A stretch of DNA of 64,000 nucleotides from a candidate division FCPU426 bacterium (GTDB lineage: Bacteria; Oederibacteriota; Muellerivitia; Muellerivitales; DAHXKG01): assembly GCA_027366525.1 (NCBI GenBank), contig DAHXKG010000003.1, forward strand, positions 72,097 to 136,096, written 5' to 3'. The translations under genes and the position numbers were made by a program. Each line of letters starts with the position of its first letter. Positions within the stretch are counted from its first letter, which is position 1. The notes beneath the pieces were generated by a model that was given only the letters and a program-made list of their open reading frames with translations, did no database searches and was not told where the DNA came from. Shown here one piece after another: positions 19,440 to 30,569 of this stretch.

Positions 19440-20285
19440 TCAACTGGCAGGAACGATTAAATCAAAAGATTGAATTTTTTCAATACATTCTTGTATCAAA
19501 TAGTCAGGGGTTGATGCGCCAGCAGTAATACCTACCTTTTTTTGATTATGGAACCATTGGGGTTGAAGCTCAGAGGCGGTCTCCACATGAAAAGTTTTTA
19601 AGGGAAGATAGGTTTGACATGTTTGCGCTAACTTGTGAGTATTAGAAGAATTGCGACCGCCAATAACAATCATAAGATCAACTTGCTGTGCAAGAAGAGC
19701 AGCTGAAGTTTGTCGATCCTTCGTGGGTTTACAAATAGTGTTAATAGCGACGACTTGATCACAATAACCTTGAAGAATATGAACAAATTTGTCAAATTTT
19801 TCTAAAAGAAGTGTACTTTGACAGATGACGCCAATTTTAGCATGGGGTTTAAGTCCAATCAAATCAGATTCTTCATAAACAATGATTGGATTTTTCATCC
19901 GGCTAGCAATCCCTTTAACCTCAACATGATTCGGATCGCCAATAATGACAATTTGAAATCCTTGAGACTCTAATTTCCAGCCTTCTTTATAAATTCGGGT
20001 CACGAGAGGACAAGTTGTATCAATGATATCAAAATTTTTTGATTTCATTTCTTCAATTTTTTTAATGTCGAGTCCATGCGCTGTAATGACGACTTGATTG
20101 CCATCAATTTCTTCTAAATCGTGAACAATGTGTTTTTTCATTTTAGACAAACGTTCAACTTCTTGGGGATTATGAATGAGAGATCCAAAAATAAAAGCTT
20201 GATCCATACTTTCTGCTTTTTGAATCGCTTTTTTAACCCCAAAACAAAAACCAGCAGCTTCCGCAACTAAAATTTCTCGAGGCAT
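19440..20285 (-). CDS. ispH: 4-hydroxy-3-methylbut-2-enyl diphosphate reductase
   Basis: AGFCFGV, IHNP, DTTCPLV, NTIC, GGRNSSNT, TAGASTP. Confidence 0.97.
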   Translation of the reverse strand: MPREILVAEAAGFCFGVKKAIQKAESMDQAFIFGSLIHNPQEVERLSKMKKHIVHDLEEIDGNQVVITAHGLDIKKIEEMKSKNFDIIDTTCPLVTRIYKEGWKLESQGFQIVIIGDPNHVEVKGIASRMKNPIIVYEESDLIGLKPHAKIGVICQSTLLLEKFDKFVHILQGYCDQVVAINTICKPTKDRQTSAALLAQQVDLMIVIGGRNSSNTHKLAQTCQTYLPLKTFHVETASELQPQWFHNQKKVGITAGASTPDYLIQECIEKIQSFDLIVPAS

Positions 20286-20891
20286 AACTTAATCCTGAAT
20301 ACAAGACATTGAGACAAATATGCCTTGAATGACTGAAAATGTCAACTAGCTGCTTTTGAATGTACAAAAAAATTATGTGAGAGCGGTTTTTTACAGATTT
20401 TTATTCAGGTAGTATTTTACAAAAATAATAGACCCATTGAATCAGTCTCATATGCGACCGATGTTGGCATAATTTTATGAAAAGTGAAATTACCAGAAAT
20501 TTCTAGGTTATCTACTTTCTACAATTGTTCGTTCTTCGGAAGATCGGTATAATATTCACTTCCTTGAGCAGATTAGCCGCCGATTTTGATTCTTAAGTAT
20601 CCTAAAGCTGATCGATATAAGAGCCCGAGTAGTGTATTTCAACATTAGGAAAAAAAAAATTTGCTTTAATTATAAATTAAGTAACAAATATATTAAAGAA
20701 GAATCAAATTTGATTTGAAATTTTTTAAAATCCAAATGATACAGGTTGCTTCTGGAAATTAAACTAATTGCATTGATGGTATCTACGTATAACAAAAAAA
20801 GTTACTATGAAGAGTATCGCTTATAAATTTAGATAAAGATTTAAAATTGGGAAGACATGGCTAAATCCACTTTGGATTGAGGCAATAAGGA

Positions 20892-23800
20892 ATGATAAAA
20901 AAAATACTTTATACGGGATCATTTGAGGTACTAGAAAAAGGATTGGCTCAGGAACTAAAGACGTTTCAATCCAAAAAAGAACTTTCAGAACTCAAGATAA
21001 TCGTTCCTAATTTTCAATTAACACATTATTTAAAATTGGAAATGTCTAAACGTCTTGGATTTTTGTTTAATATCGAATTTAAAACCTTACATGATTTTTT
21101 AAAAACAACTATTCAGGAGAAGCAGATTCAAGAAGATTGGAAAATAATTCCAGATGAAATAATTCCTCATGTTTTGAAAAATCTTTTGCAATTACCCATG
21201 GATGTTCCAAGTTATTTTCAATCCGTTCGAGAGACTTCTGGCTTTTATCGATTATTGGCGAATACGATTATGGATATCCATCAAGGATTATTTGATTCAC
21301 AAACGATTCGTAAAGCGGTTCAGCGCTATTCTAATAATAAAAGTTATCGTCAACGGACTAAAAAATGGGAAGAAATAGCAAAGTATGTTGAGATCTATGG
21401 TAATTGGAAGAAAGATAAAAAAATTTTAGATAGTTCAGACTTATATTATCAGAGTTTGAATTTGGTTTTGAAAAGCCCCATTTGGATTTATGGATTTTAT
21501 GATGCAACAGCTTTGCAAAAAAAAATATTAAAGCATGTAACATCATTTTATCCATCAATATGGTTTGTTCCCTATGAAGATAAAAAGGCGTATGGGTATG
21601 CTGAGCCCTTTTTAAAATGGATTCAATCTTTGAGTTCAAAGCCAACCCACATGGATTTTGAAAATGCAGTGAGTGAGAACATGTATCAGTTACGAGAAGT
21701 ATTATTTGAAGATAAACCAAATCAACCGATGTTGGATATTAAAAATAGTTGTAAAGTAATTTTATCGTCGAATGTGGAACAAGAAATCAGCGATGCCGTC
21801 AAATATTCGATCAAATATCTTGAAAAAGACAAAGATAAACAAGCACCCCGATCCATCGCTTTTTTATTAAGGTACAGCGATCCATATCTAAAAGTATTTA
21901 AACCCGTACTAGAGTCGCTACAAGTGCCTTATGGATTTCATTTGCCACAACCATTAAATGAATGCGCGGAGAGCCGAATTATTAGCTTGCTACTAACCTG
22001 TTTAGAAGATGGATGGATGCCGGAATGGGTTATATCAATCTTAAGTTCGCCGAAAATTCAATGGAAATTCTTTAAGATTCACCAAAGCAAATGGAATAGG
22101 ACCAATTGGATTTTTGAAATTCGAAAAGCCTATAAGCAATTTGGAGATCATTGGATGAGCAAGATTTATTCGAAAGAATCTCGAACGTCGAACTCCAATA
22201 TAAACTTAGATTTAATGAACGTAATTCATGTACTCCAAAAAATGAAAGTGGAATTTCAAAATCAAAAAACCATATTCCAAAAAATGGAATATTTGGTGAA
22301 AAAAATTTCACAATTATTTTTAGAAACCGATATTCAAAAAAAAATACTGGGAAAATTAAAAAATTTTGAGGAGTTCATGAATCCGCTGGATCTTTTAAAT
22401 CAAGAAAAGCTAAGTGTTATTGTTCAATCATTAATGAACTCCAAAATATATGCCATGAATCAAGACATCAATGGAATTCAAATTGTTGATATTATGGAAA
22501 CGCGAGGCGTATCATTTGACATAGTAATCCTTCCAGGCTTGATTGAAAAATGGGTGCCTCAGTTTTTGCCACAAGATCCAATATTATTAGATGACGAACG
22601 ATCCATTTGGAATCAAATGAGTGAAGGAGAACAATATCTTCCATTAAAATCCGATCTACTATTAGAAGAGCGGCTTTTATTCTATTTATCTGTTTGTAGT
22701 GCTAAAAAACTTTTAATTGTTTCAGCTCCCATATGGGATTTGTATGATGGCAATCCACAAATAATTTCTAGCTACCTTTTTCAACTTTTGAATCTTTTAT
22801 ATCCTCAAATTGATTTCAAAATTCATCACCTGATTCAACAAACTGAAAATGTCTTTTCAATTTTCCCTGAAAAATTAGAAAATTGCGTATCAGAAATGGA
22901 TTTTTTATTATTTTATGGAAAAAGAAGCCTTCAAAAAAATTCTAACGATTTCTTTTCAATAGCTCAATCAATTCCATTTTTTATAGAAGGATTGCAATTA
23001 ATTCAACATCGAAATTTACCTACATTTACTTCGTTTGATGGAATGATTCAACCCCATCAAACATTAAATGATGTCAACTTACATAATTGGACAGCCTCAA
23101 AATTTGAAACTTATTTACAGTGCCCTATGCAGTATTTTTATCAATATATATTAAATTTGGATGTTGAGTCAAACGATCAAGATGCACTGCGCGTGGGAGC
23201 GGATCAAAAAGGACAATGGATACACCGATTTTTGGAAAAGTGCGTCCGATTTGGTTTGGAGCATCATTGGTTTGATGGGAACTTAAAACAAGTGGAGTCG
23301 CAAGAAGTGGAATCCATATATGATCAAATCAGCCAAGAATTTTCAGAATCGAATTCGCGGAGTGAAAATATTTTTTGGAAAAATGAATCCCTTCAATTGA
23401 AATTTCGGATGGTTCAAATATTAAAACGAATATTGGAAGATCAACAATGGGTGCCTTGGAAAGTTGAAGTCCCTTTTGATGAACAGGGTCAATTTGTGAA
23501 TTTTCCATTACATAATGGGAAAACCATTCGACTAAGAGGAAAAATCGATCGTATTGATATTTCGAGAGACCAGAAGAATCTACGAGTGGTCGATTATAAA
23601 TCAGGGCAGCTTTCAAATTACCCAGAAAAAGATATTCAAGAGGGCAAAAAAATTCAATTACATGTCTATGCTTGGATTTGTAAACATAATTATCCAGATA
23701 AAGATGTCGAATCCGCTCGGTATGAGTTTATTGATCAAGATAAAAAAAAATATTCTAGAAATGGACCCTCGCTTAAACCTTTTAAACAATTTGAGGAAAA

Positions 23801-23993
23801 ATTGTCTCAGTGGCTTCAAAACATTTGTGAAGCAGTAGAACTTGGCAAGTTTCCGTCCTATTTTAATATTGCCAAACCTCCTTGCGACTATTGTAAATTT
23901 AAAATGAATTGTGGAACCGAAATGAAATCAAGAGCAGAATTCAAACAACAAGATCTACAAATACAATTTTTAAAAGAAAAAGTGGATTTTTAA
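20892..23993 (+). CDS. addB: AddB-like helicase/nuclease subunit
   Basis: Inactive helicase N-terminus (IIVPN); C-terminal CPMQY, GKIDRID, VDYKSG, QLHVY, CDYCKFKMNC. Confidence 0.85.
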   Translation: MIKKILYTGSFEVLEKGLAQELKTFQSKKELSELKIIVPNFQLTHYLKLEMSKRLGFLFNIEFKTLHDFLKTTIQEKQIQEDWKIIPDEIIPHVLKNLLQLPMDVPSYFQSVRETSGFYRLLANTIMDIHQGLFDSQTIRKAVQRYSNNKSYRQRTKKWEEIAKYVEIYGNWKKDKKILDSSDLYYQSLNLVLKSPIWIYGFYDATALQKKILKHVTSFYPSIWFVPYEDKKAYGYAEPFLKWIQSLSSKPTHMDFENAVSENMYQLREVLFEDKPNQPMLDIKNSCKVILSSNVEQEISDAVKYSIKYLEKDKDKQAPRSIAFLLRYSDPYLKVFKPVLESLQVPYGFHLPQPLNECAESRIISLLLTCLEDGWMPEWVISILSSPKIQWKFFKIHQSKWNRTNWIFEIRKAYKQFGDHWMSKIYSKESRTSNSNINLDLMNVIHVLQKMKVEFQNQKTIFQKMEYLVKKISQLFLETDIQKKILGKLKNFEEFMNPLDLLNQEKLSVIVQSLMNSKIYAMNQDINGIQIVDIMETRGVSFDIVILPGLIEKWVPQFLPQDPILLDDERSIWNQMSEGEQYLPLKSDLLLEERLLFYLSVCSAKKLLIVSAPIWDLYDGNPQIISSYLFQLLNLLYPQIDFKIHHLIQQTENVFSIFPEKLENCVSEMDFLLFYGKRSLQKNSNDFFSIAQSIPFFIEGLQLIQHRNLPTFTSFDGMIQPHQTLNDVNLHNWTASKFETYLQCPMQYFYQYILNLDVESNDQDALRVGADQKGQWIHRFLEKCVRFGLEHHWFDGNLKQVESQEVESIYDQISQEFSESNSRSENIFWKNESLQLKFRMVQILKRILEDQQWVPWKVEVPFDEQGQFVNFPLHNGKTIRLRGKIDRIDISRDQKNLRVVDYKSGQLSNYPEKDIQEGKKIQLHVYAWICKHNYPDKDVESARYEFIDQDKKKYSRNGPSLKPFKQFEEKLSQWLQNICEAVELGKFPSYFNIAKPPCDYCKFKMNCGTEMKSRAEFKQQDLQIQFLKEKVDF

Positions 23994-26900
23994 TGGATTC
24001 AATACCCCCAACTGCAAATGCTCAAACTGGTGATTGGGATATTCGAAAGGAAATTATTCAAACTACCAAAAACGTGTTAATCGATGCAGGGGCGGGAACA
24101 GGTAAAACTACGCTCCTGTTAGAACGTATACTTTTTTTAATTGAAAATCAAAAAATACCACTGACTAAAATGGTGATTATCACATTTACTGACCAAGCAG
24201 CCAATGAATTAAAAGAGCGTCTAAGAACTGTTATATATAATAAATTTCAAAAAGCATCTTCAACCAATCGGGATTTTTTTTGGAATGCATTTGAATCGCT
24301 AGAAAAATCAAAAGTAAGTACCATTCATTCATTTTGTTCATCAATTTTAAAAGAATTTCCCATCGAATCAGGGGTGGATCCTCAATTCCGAATTTTAGAG
24401 GAATTTCAAAAAAAGCATTTCGAATCTCAATGCTGGGAACAATGGATTCAGAATTGGCAAATGAAAAGTCCCGATGTTTTCTTCAATGCCACTCAATTAG
24501 GAATTTCTACGGCTGATATTTATCGGTTAAAAGAAAACATGAAAAATCAGCAATATTCAAGTTTGTTTATCAATCAAAGACTACCCGATGGGACTGAACT
24601 TCGCAAAAAAATGGGAGAAAAACTTCATGAATTTTGGAACACTGAAATTCGGTGTCATCAAAAAGATGATCGACTTTATCAGGATTTGATTCAATTACGA
24701 AAAGAATTTTCAGAGTTTGAGAATAACTCTTCCTTTTTTTCAAAATCCAATACGATCTTTTTTAATGAGCAAGGTGAATTAAAATCATTTCAGAAGCGTG
24801 GAAACCAATCGAATTGGGATTCGGTAGAACAATTAAATAAAATTCGAGATACATTTGATGCCATCGGGCAGAGCATGAATCGTTATGTCCAAGAATTTGA
24901 GGATGTCGTTTTAAAAAATCTTGAAAATGAGTTATTGGCATATGTTCAATACTATCAATTCCAAAAAATCAAACATGGCTTTTTAGACTATGATGATTTG
25001 ATTTTAAAAACTAGAGATTTATTGCAAAGTTATCCTGAAATTCGACAAGAACTTAAACACCGATTTGATAAAATTTTTGTCGATGAATTTCAGGACACAG
25101 ATCCGATTCAAATGGAAATTTGCTTTTTTTTGTCTGAAAAAAACGGAGCCCATGAAAAAGAATTGAAACACATTCAACTTCAGGAAGATAAACTCTTTTT
25201 AGTAGGAGATCCCAAGCAAAGCATTTATCGATTTCGAAAGGCCGATATTGAATTATATCAATCCATTAGGAAATATTTTTTAAGCAATGATTCAACGGAG
25301 GTCAAAATACTTAGCTCGAATTTTAGAACGGTTCCAAAGCTAATTGAATGGATTAATTCAAAATTTTTAAATTTAATACCCGAATATATATCTTTGCAGT
25401 CAAATCAATGCCGGACGAGTGACCAGTATATACCAGAAGTAAAAATCATTCAGGTGGAAATAGAATCTAAAAATGCTGATGATCAACGGGAAAAAATGGC
25501 GTTCCAAATTGCTCAATGGATTCGTGAAGAGTTGCTTTCTCATCAATTTAAAATTCAAGATCCAGAAACCAAAATGGAACGGTGGATTCAGGAAAAAGAT
25601 ATTGCTATTTTGTTTGATAAATTAGAACCTCAGGAAAATTTTTTTCAATTTGCTTTTGAAAAATATCATATTGCTTATCAAATTATTGGGGGCAAACGAT
25701 TTTATTCACAACCTGAAGTGGTTACGTTCCAGACTCTTTTAGAATGTCTTAGTGAGCCCAGTAACGAATCTAAATCTGTAGCAGTTTTAAGAAGTAGTAT
25801 TTTTGGATTTTCAGATCAAGAGTTGTATGAAATCCATCAGTCTGGACAGCCTTTTAATTTTCTTTTAGAAATTCCAACGGGAAAATTGCCAAAAGCATTG
25901 CATGAAAAACTTTGTCAGACCTTTAATATGTTAAAAAATTGGTATGAGCGAATACCAACTTTTTCAACGTCCGAAGCAGTTGTATGGATATTGGAGCAAA
26001 CAAACTTAATAGCTTTAAGCTTCGTTCGCAGTCGAACGGAACAAATTATTCTGAATTTGAAGAAACTGGTTCACCTATCAAAAAAATTAGAAACTAGCGA
26101 AAAATTGACTTTTGCAGAATTTTCAAATTGGTTGGGTAATCAAATTAAAAATAAACAATTCGATGAGCAAGTTCAAAATCCTGATTTAAACGAAAATTTA
26201 ATTAAACTGATGACAATCCATAAAAGTAAGGGACTTGAATTTCCGGTTGTGATCGTTGTTGGAAGCGAAGAATCTATAAGTGATCAATTTCTATGGAATG
26301 CTCAGCAAATGAGGCTGGAATATAAATTAAAATCTCATAAAACTGCTGGTTTTGAGGCATTGCTTCAACGAGAAGAAAAATACAGTATAGACGAGCAAAT
26401 GCGGCTGCTCTATGTGGCATGTACGCGTGCGCGGGATGCTTTAATTATTTTCACTCCTCAAAATTCCGATAAAAATTTTTCATATCCACTCATGAAATTG
26501 TTAAATGAAACGGAGCGGACATCATTAAAAATTGATAATAAAAAACACGAAGAAACTAAACGCATACAATCGATTGCAATTGCTTCCCAGCAGAATGGTT
26601 ATCAATTTCCTCAAAATTCAAACGAGGGAAATCTTCTAAAAGAAATTAATTTTCAAAAGGAAACATGGCTTCAACTCGTAAAAACAAAATTAATACATTC
26701 TACTATAAATCATCCACATCAAACTGAACCTGTTCAAAGCCATCAGGACGATCAATCTCAACGCAACCCAAATAGTTTTGAAGTTTCACCTGAACAGTTA
26801 GGGATTTTTGTTCATGCCATGTTGAAAAAATATCTGGATAATACTTTGAATTTTTCAAAAAAAGATTTTGAAAAATGGGGTAAAGTTTACTCATTTAAGA

Positions 26901-27241
26901 AATCAGTTATAGACGAATGTTTTACGTGGATTCAATTGGCTTTAACCTCGAAGGTCATTCAACGTGCCCGGGATTCAAAAAAAACATTCACAGAGCTTCC
27001 TATTACGTTTTTTAATGCAGCTCTGCAACACTGGGATACTGGAATTATTGATTTAGCCTTTCTTGAAAATGAAAAGTGGATTCTTTTAGATTATAAGACC
27101 GATAAAACAAAACAATTTTTAGACTCGTATAAATTGCAAATTGAATTTTATTCAGAATTGTTAAATAAGAGTACCCCGTATCCTGTTTTTCAGAAATATA
27201 TTTATTTTTTAAGATTAAAGGATTTGGAAGAAATAGTTTAA
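23993..27241 (+). CDS. addA: AddA-like UvrD helicase/nuclease
   Basis: AGAGTGKT, TIHSFC, VDEFQDTD, GDPKQSIYRFR, MTIHKSKGLEF, YVACTRA, GIIDL, DYKTD; TAATG coupling to addB. Confidence 0.92.
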   Translation: MDSIPPTANAQTGDWDIRKEIIQTTKNVLIDAGAGTGKTTLLLERILFLIENQKIPLTKMVIITFTDQAANELKERLRTVIYNKFQKASSTNRDFFWNAFESLEKSKVSTIHSFCSSILKEFPIESGVDPQFRILEEFQKKHFESQCWEQWIQNWQMKSPDVFFNATQLGISTADIYRLKENMKNQQYSSLFINQRLPDGTELRKKMGEKLHEFWNTEIRCHQKDDRLYQDLIQLRKEFSEFENNSSFFSKSNTIFFNEQGELKSFQKRGNQSNWDSVEQLNKIRDTFDAIGQSMNRYVQEFEDVVLKNLENELLAYVQYYQFQKIKHGFLDYDDLILKTRDLLQSYPEIRQELKHRFDKIFVDEFQDTDPIQMEICFFLSEKNGAHEKELKHIQLQEDKLFLVGDPKQSIYRFRKADIELYQSIRKYFLSNDSTEVKILSSNFRTVPKLIEWINSKFLNLIPEYISLQSNQCRTSDQYIPEVKIIQVEIESKNADDQREKMAFQIAQWIREELLSHQFKIQDPETKMERWIQEKDIAILFDKLEPQENFFQFAFEKYHIAYQIIGGKRFYSQPEVVTFQTLLECLSEPSNESKSVAVLRSSIFGFSDQELYEIHQSGQPFNFLLEIPTGKLPKALHEKLCQTFNMLKNWYERIPTFSTSEAVVWILEQTNLIALSFVRSRTEQIILNLKKLVHLSKKLETSEKLTFAEFSNWLGNQIKNKQFDEQVQNPDLNENLIKLMTIHKSKGLEFPVVIVVGSEESISDQFLWNAQQMRLEYKLKSHKTAGFEALLQREEKYSIDEQMRLLYVACTRARDALIIFTPQNSDKNFSYPLMKLLNETERTSLKIDNKKHEETKRIQSIAIASQQNGYQFPQNSNEGNLLKEINFQKETWLQLVKTKLIHSTINHPHQTEPVQSHQDDQSQRNPNSFEVSPEQLGIFVHAMLKKYLDNTLNFSKKDFEKWGKVYSFKKSVIDECFTWIQLALTSKVIQRARDSKKTFTELPITFFNAALQHWDTGIIDLAFLENEKWILLDYKTDKTKQFLDSYKLQIEFYSELLNKSTPYPVFQKYIYFLRLKDLEEIV

Positions 27242-27384
27242 ATAATCATAAAGCGTTCACTACAAAAGAGTTGAACAAAGTCGCTACCCAAACTCCTTGC
27301 TCAGAAATAATAACTATTTGATGGGTTCCACCATATAAAGTAAAATTATTTCTGCAATAGGACGGCGGAAAATAGATTAGTTAA

Positions 27385-28719
27385 TCAATTAATATTGAGA
27401 AAGGTCTTAACCTTTGAAGCGGCTAAATAACCAGAAAGGCAAGCACTTTCTATAGTAGCTGGAAGATGCGTTTGAGTCCAATCTCCCGCTAAAAAAATAT
27501 TTTGAAAGGATGTTTCAGAACTGGGCCTTAGCGCATCATTAGTTTGGTTCCAAACAAAGGTAGCGGCCATTTCGCGAGTAACCTTTGAATACAATATTTT
27601 TAAATCAGGGTTAATTTTAAATCGTGAACGTAACACTTTTTCTGCTTCTTGAATCCAAAAAGCATCTGAATTAAGAGTGTCTTGGGAAGACGCGCTTCGA
27701 ACCAGAGATAAGTATTGTTCTTGAGTTTGATAATTCCAATTTTGTGTTTGATTAAATATCCAATCAAAAGGTGAATAAGGCAAACCCAGAAATGGTTCGT
27801 GAAAAATAGCTTGGGATAAGACCAGATGAACGGACATAATGGATGATTTGCCTAAGGATTCAAAATTCAAAGTTCGGATCCACTCTGCATTTAAAGAAAA
27901 TCGATGGATGGAATAAGGAGGAATAGCAAGAATTAAAGCATCTCCGGAAAAGCATTTTTGATTTTTTGAAATCAATTCAAAAGTCTTATTTTGAATTTTG
28001 ATTTCCTGAATTCCTTCGTGATAATGAATCAAGCCATGATTTGATTCGAAAATTTTTTTAAAATTAGGGAAGAAAATTTCACTTAAGGGTTTTGAAAAAA
28101 AAACAAGACGACTATCCATGATCGATTGAAAAAAAGCTTGAGAGAATACTTCTCCTAAGGAACGAATAAGAGCGACTTGGGGTGGTAAATTCAAGATGGA
28201 TTTACACAAGGGATTCCAAAAAAGCTCTTGGGTATTAGGGGACGCCTTTATATAAGACAAAAAATCTTCGACTGTAACAAGATGAGTGGGGAGTGAAAAA
28301 GGTTTCTTTTTAAATCGATGAAGGGATTGAACCAAATTCATTTTATCTTTCCAAGTAAAAGCTTTAGAGTTCCAAAGGCCAAATAAAAGATGAAAGGGTG
28401 CGGGAAGATTGGAGCAGTGTAAAACCTGTTTTTGCTGATTTGGAAGGACCCAGCTTAATTGAAGGGGATGCATCATAGTTAGTTGGGATAGGGCATTTAT
28501 TTTTTTGAAAAGGCGTAAAGTTTCATGATAACACCCCATCATCAGGTGGGGTCCGTTATCGATTGGGAAGGGAAAATTTTGAGTAGGTGGAAAAGAGTAA
28601 AAACGGCCACCGAGCATCCCACGTGATTCGATAAGTTCAACTTGTACATTAGGGCTTTGGAGTTCTAAGGCTGCTGAAGCTCCAGCAAATCCTCCGCCCA
28701 CGATGATAACTTTTTTCAT
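27385..28719 (-). CDS. hpnE: Hydroxysqualene dehydroxylase
   Basis: GGGFAG, DNGPH, LAGDWT..LPATIESA; follows hpnCD. Confidence 0.9.
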   Translation of the reverse strand: MKKVIIVGGGFAGASAALELQSPNVQVELIESRGMLGGRFYSFPPTQNFPFPIDNGPHLMMGCYHETLRLFKKINALSQLTMMHPLQLSWVLPNQQKQVLHCSNLPAPFHLLFGLWNSKAFTWKDKMNLVQSLHRFKKKPFSLPTHLVTVEDFLSYIKASPNTQELFWNPLCKSILNLPPQVALIRSLGEVFSQAFFQSIMDSRLVFFSKPLSEIFFPNFKKIFESNHGLIHYHEGIQEIKIQNKTFELISKNQKCFSGDALILAIPPYSIHRFSLNAEWIRTLNFESLGKSSIMSVHLVLSQAIFHEPFLGLPYSPFDWIFNQTQNWNYQTQEQYLSLVRSASSQDTLNSDAFWIQEAEKVLRSRFKINPDLKILYSKVTREMAATFVWNQTNDALRPSSETSFQNIFLAGDWTQTHLPATIESACLSGYLAASKVKTFLNIN

Positions 28720-28739
28720 GCCAATAACCTCAGATGGAA

Positions 28740-29585
28740 TTATTTTTCTCGAAGCCAAAGCTTCCAAAGCAAGCATTGACTCGTAGCTTGAAAAGTTGAA
28801 TAAATCTTATCAAAAAGAGTCAAGTGAATCGTACCCAAAACGATTTGGTTACAATGGGTGCGAAGCTTTTGATGTAACCGAACATATACGGAAGCAATGG
28901 CTTCAGCCGTCATTAATTGGCTTCGATTGGACTTTGAAAGATATTGTCTAGATTTTTTCAAATAGCTCCAAGCGCGATCCAGCTGATAGTGGAAAAAAGC
29001 CGTGACTTGGGGTGTTGAATTATTAATTTTGTAGGGATCCAGATGAAATCGATGGAAATCGTTCATAGGTAAATATTGGCGATGGAGTGATAAATCTTCT
29101 TTGAAATCTCGAATGATATTGGTCAGTTGCAAAAAAACACCCAAGTTTTTTGCATAATTTTGATGAGCCAGATCTTTAAATCCAAATATAGACATGCTCA
29201 TAAGTCCTGGAGCAGCAGCAACATTAAGTGCATATTGGTAAAGTTGCTTAAACGTTTGAAAGGAAATGGTATAAAGGTCCGCTTCGATGCCCTTTAATAA
29301 ATTTAAAACGTAGAAATGCGATATTTGAAATTCAATAAGAACTGTAGCAAAATCTTTTAAAAAGGGATTAGGGGGCGATCCGTTTAAAGTGGCGATACAA
29401 TCTTTTCTAAATTTTTGAAATTGTCGACGTTTGGTACTTAAAGGCTTGGGAGCATCCGCTATTTCATCCGCCAACCAACAAAATCGGTATAAAATTTCAA
29501 GTGCTTGACGTTGAGAGGGAGGTAATAAAAGCAATGGAAAATAAAAACTCGTTTTTTGTTTTAATGAAGAGTATTTGGGGTTCAC
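28740..29585 (-). CDS. hpnD: Presqualene diphosphate synthase
   Basis: TSFY, ADEIAD, LQLTNIIRDFKED; operon context. Confidence 0.85.
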   Translation of the reverse strand: MNPKYSSLKQKTSFYFPLLLLPPSQRQALEILYRFCWLADEIADAPKPLSTKRRQFQKFRKDCIATLNGSPPNPFLKDFATVLIEFQISHFYVLNLLKGIEADLYTISFQTFKQLYQYALNVAAAPGLMSMSIFGFKDLAHQNYAKNLGVFLQLTNIIRDFKEDLSLHRQYLPMNDFHRFHLDPYKINNSTPQVTAFFHYQLDRAWSYLKKSRQYLSKSNRSQLMTAEAIASVYVRLHQKLRTHCNQIVLGTIHLTLFDKIYSTFQATSQCLLWKLWLREK

Positions 29586-29599
29586 AAAACCGCCTTAAA

Positions 29600-30478
29600 T
29601 TAACGTAATGATGGATTCGGTGAAAATAACATTCGAGTTAATAGCGCTATTTTTTCATAAACTTTCCAAGTTGGCTGGCTTTGAAAAACATTATACTGCA
29701 TGGCTTCGATTTTTTTTAAAATTCCTAAACCTCCAAAATAAGTTGCCTTGATTTCAAGATGAAGGCGTCCTTTAAGTAAATAGAGGAGTGGAGTTCCCTT
29801 ATTAAAGTAACACGTGGTATAGTTTGCAACATTTTTAACTAAAAGCTGGGTTTGGGAATTAAATGAAAGGGCTAAAAGATCTGGGATTGAAACCTTTGCA
29901 CGTTTTATTTCTTCGAGGGGGTAATAAATGCGGTTATTTTTAATATCACGAGAAGTATCTTGCCAAAAATTGATGAATTGTAATCCGGTACAAATAAAAT
30001 CAGAATAATAGTGTAAAAGGGGATCATGAATATCAAAAATATGAAGCAGTATTTGTCCAATAGGATTAGCACTATGCTCACAGTAAAAATGAAGTTGATT
30101 CCACGTAGTATATCGCTTTTTTTTAAGGTCCATACGAAAGGCTTGGATGAGTTTGAGTGGTAGTTGGATGGGAATTTGATAATGTTTCAAAACGAAAGCA
30201 AAGGCCATCAAAAAGGGATGGGTGGAATGTCCAAGCTGCGCTTGTTTCAAGTTCAGTTCCCATTTTTTGAGTTGTGTTAGTCGCTGGGATGCAAATTGGG
30301 GTTCATCTGCAAAATCATCAGCCGTGCGAGCAAAAGCATAGAGTGCAGAGATAGCCAATCGCTTGGATTGTGGAATAAAAAAAGAGGCCACCGGAAAATT
30401 TTCATAATGTGATCGAGCTAATGATTGACAAGCTTCAAAAGCTGGAACAAGGTGGTTAGGAATGATTTGATTATTCAA
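29600..30478 (-). CDS. hpnC: Hydroxysqualene synthase
   Basis: HYENFPVAS, FARTADDFADE, SANPIG, LQFINFWQD. Confidence 0.93.
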   Translation of the reverse strand: MNNQIIPNHLVPAFEACQSLARSHYENFPVASFFIPQSKRLAISALYAFARTADDFADEPQFASQRLTQLKKWELNLKQAQLGHSTHPFLMAFAFVLKHYQIPIQLPLKLIQAFRMDLKKKRYTTWNQLHFYCEHSANPIGQILLHIFDIHDPLLHYYSDFICTGLQFINFWQDTSRDIKNNRIYYPLEEIKRAKVSIPDLLALSFNSQTQLLVKNVANYTTCYFNKGTPLLYLLKGRLHLEIKATYFGGLGILKKIEAMQYNVFQSQPTWKVYEKIALLTRMLFSPNPSLR

Positions 30479-30569
30479 GGGTTTTTGTATATCTTAAAAG
30501 CAAGATAACTTAGCATAAAATGAATTTTAAAAAATTGGAATAAAAATTTTATTTAAAGAAAGTTATTTT

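Noticed and set aside
20286..20891. 600-bp intergenic region as an ncRNA locus
   Set aside because: A TATAAT is present, but I could not find a convincing fold or known RNA motif; compatible with divergent promoters.
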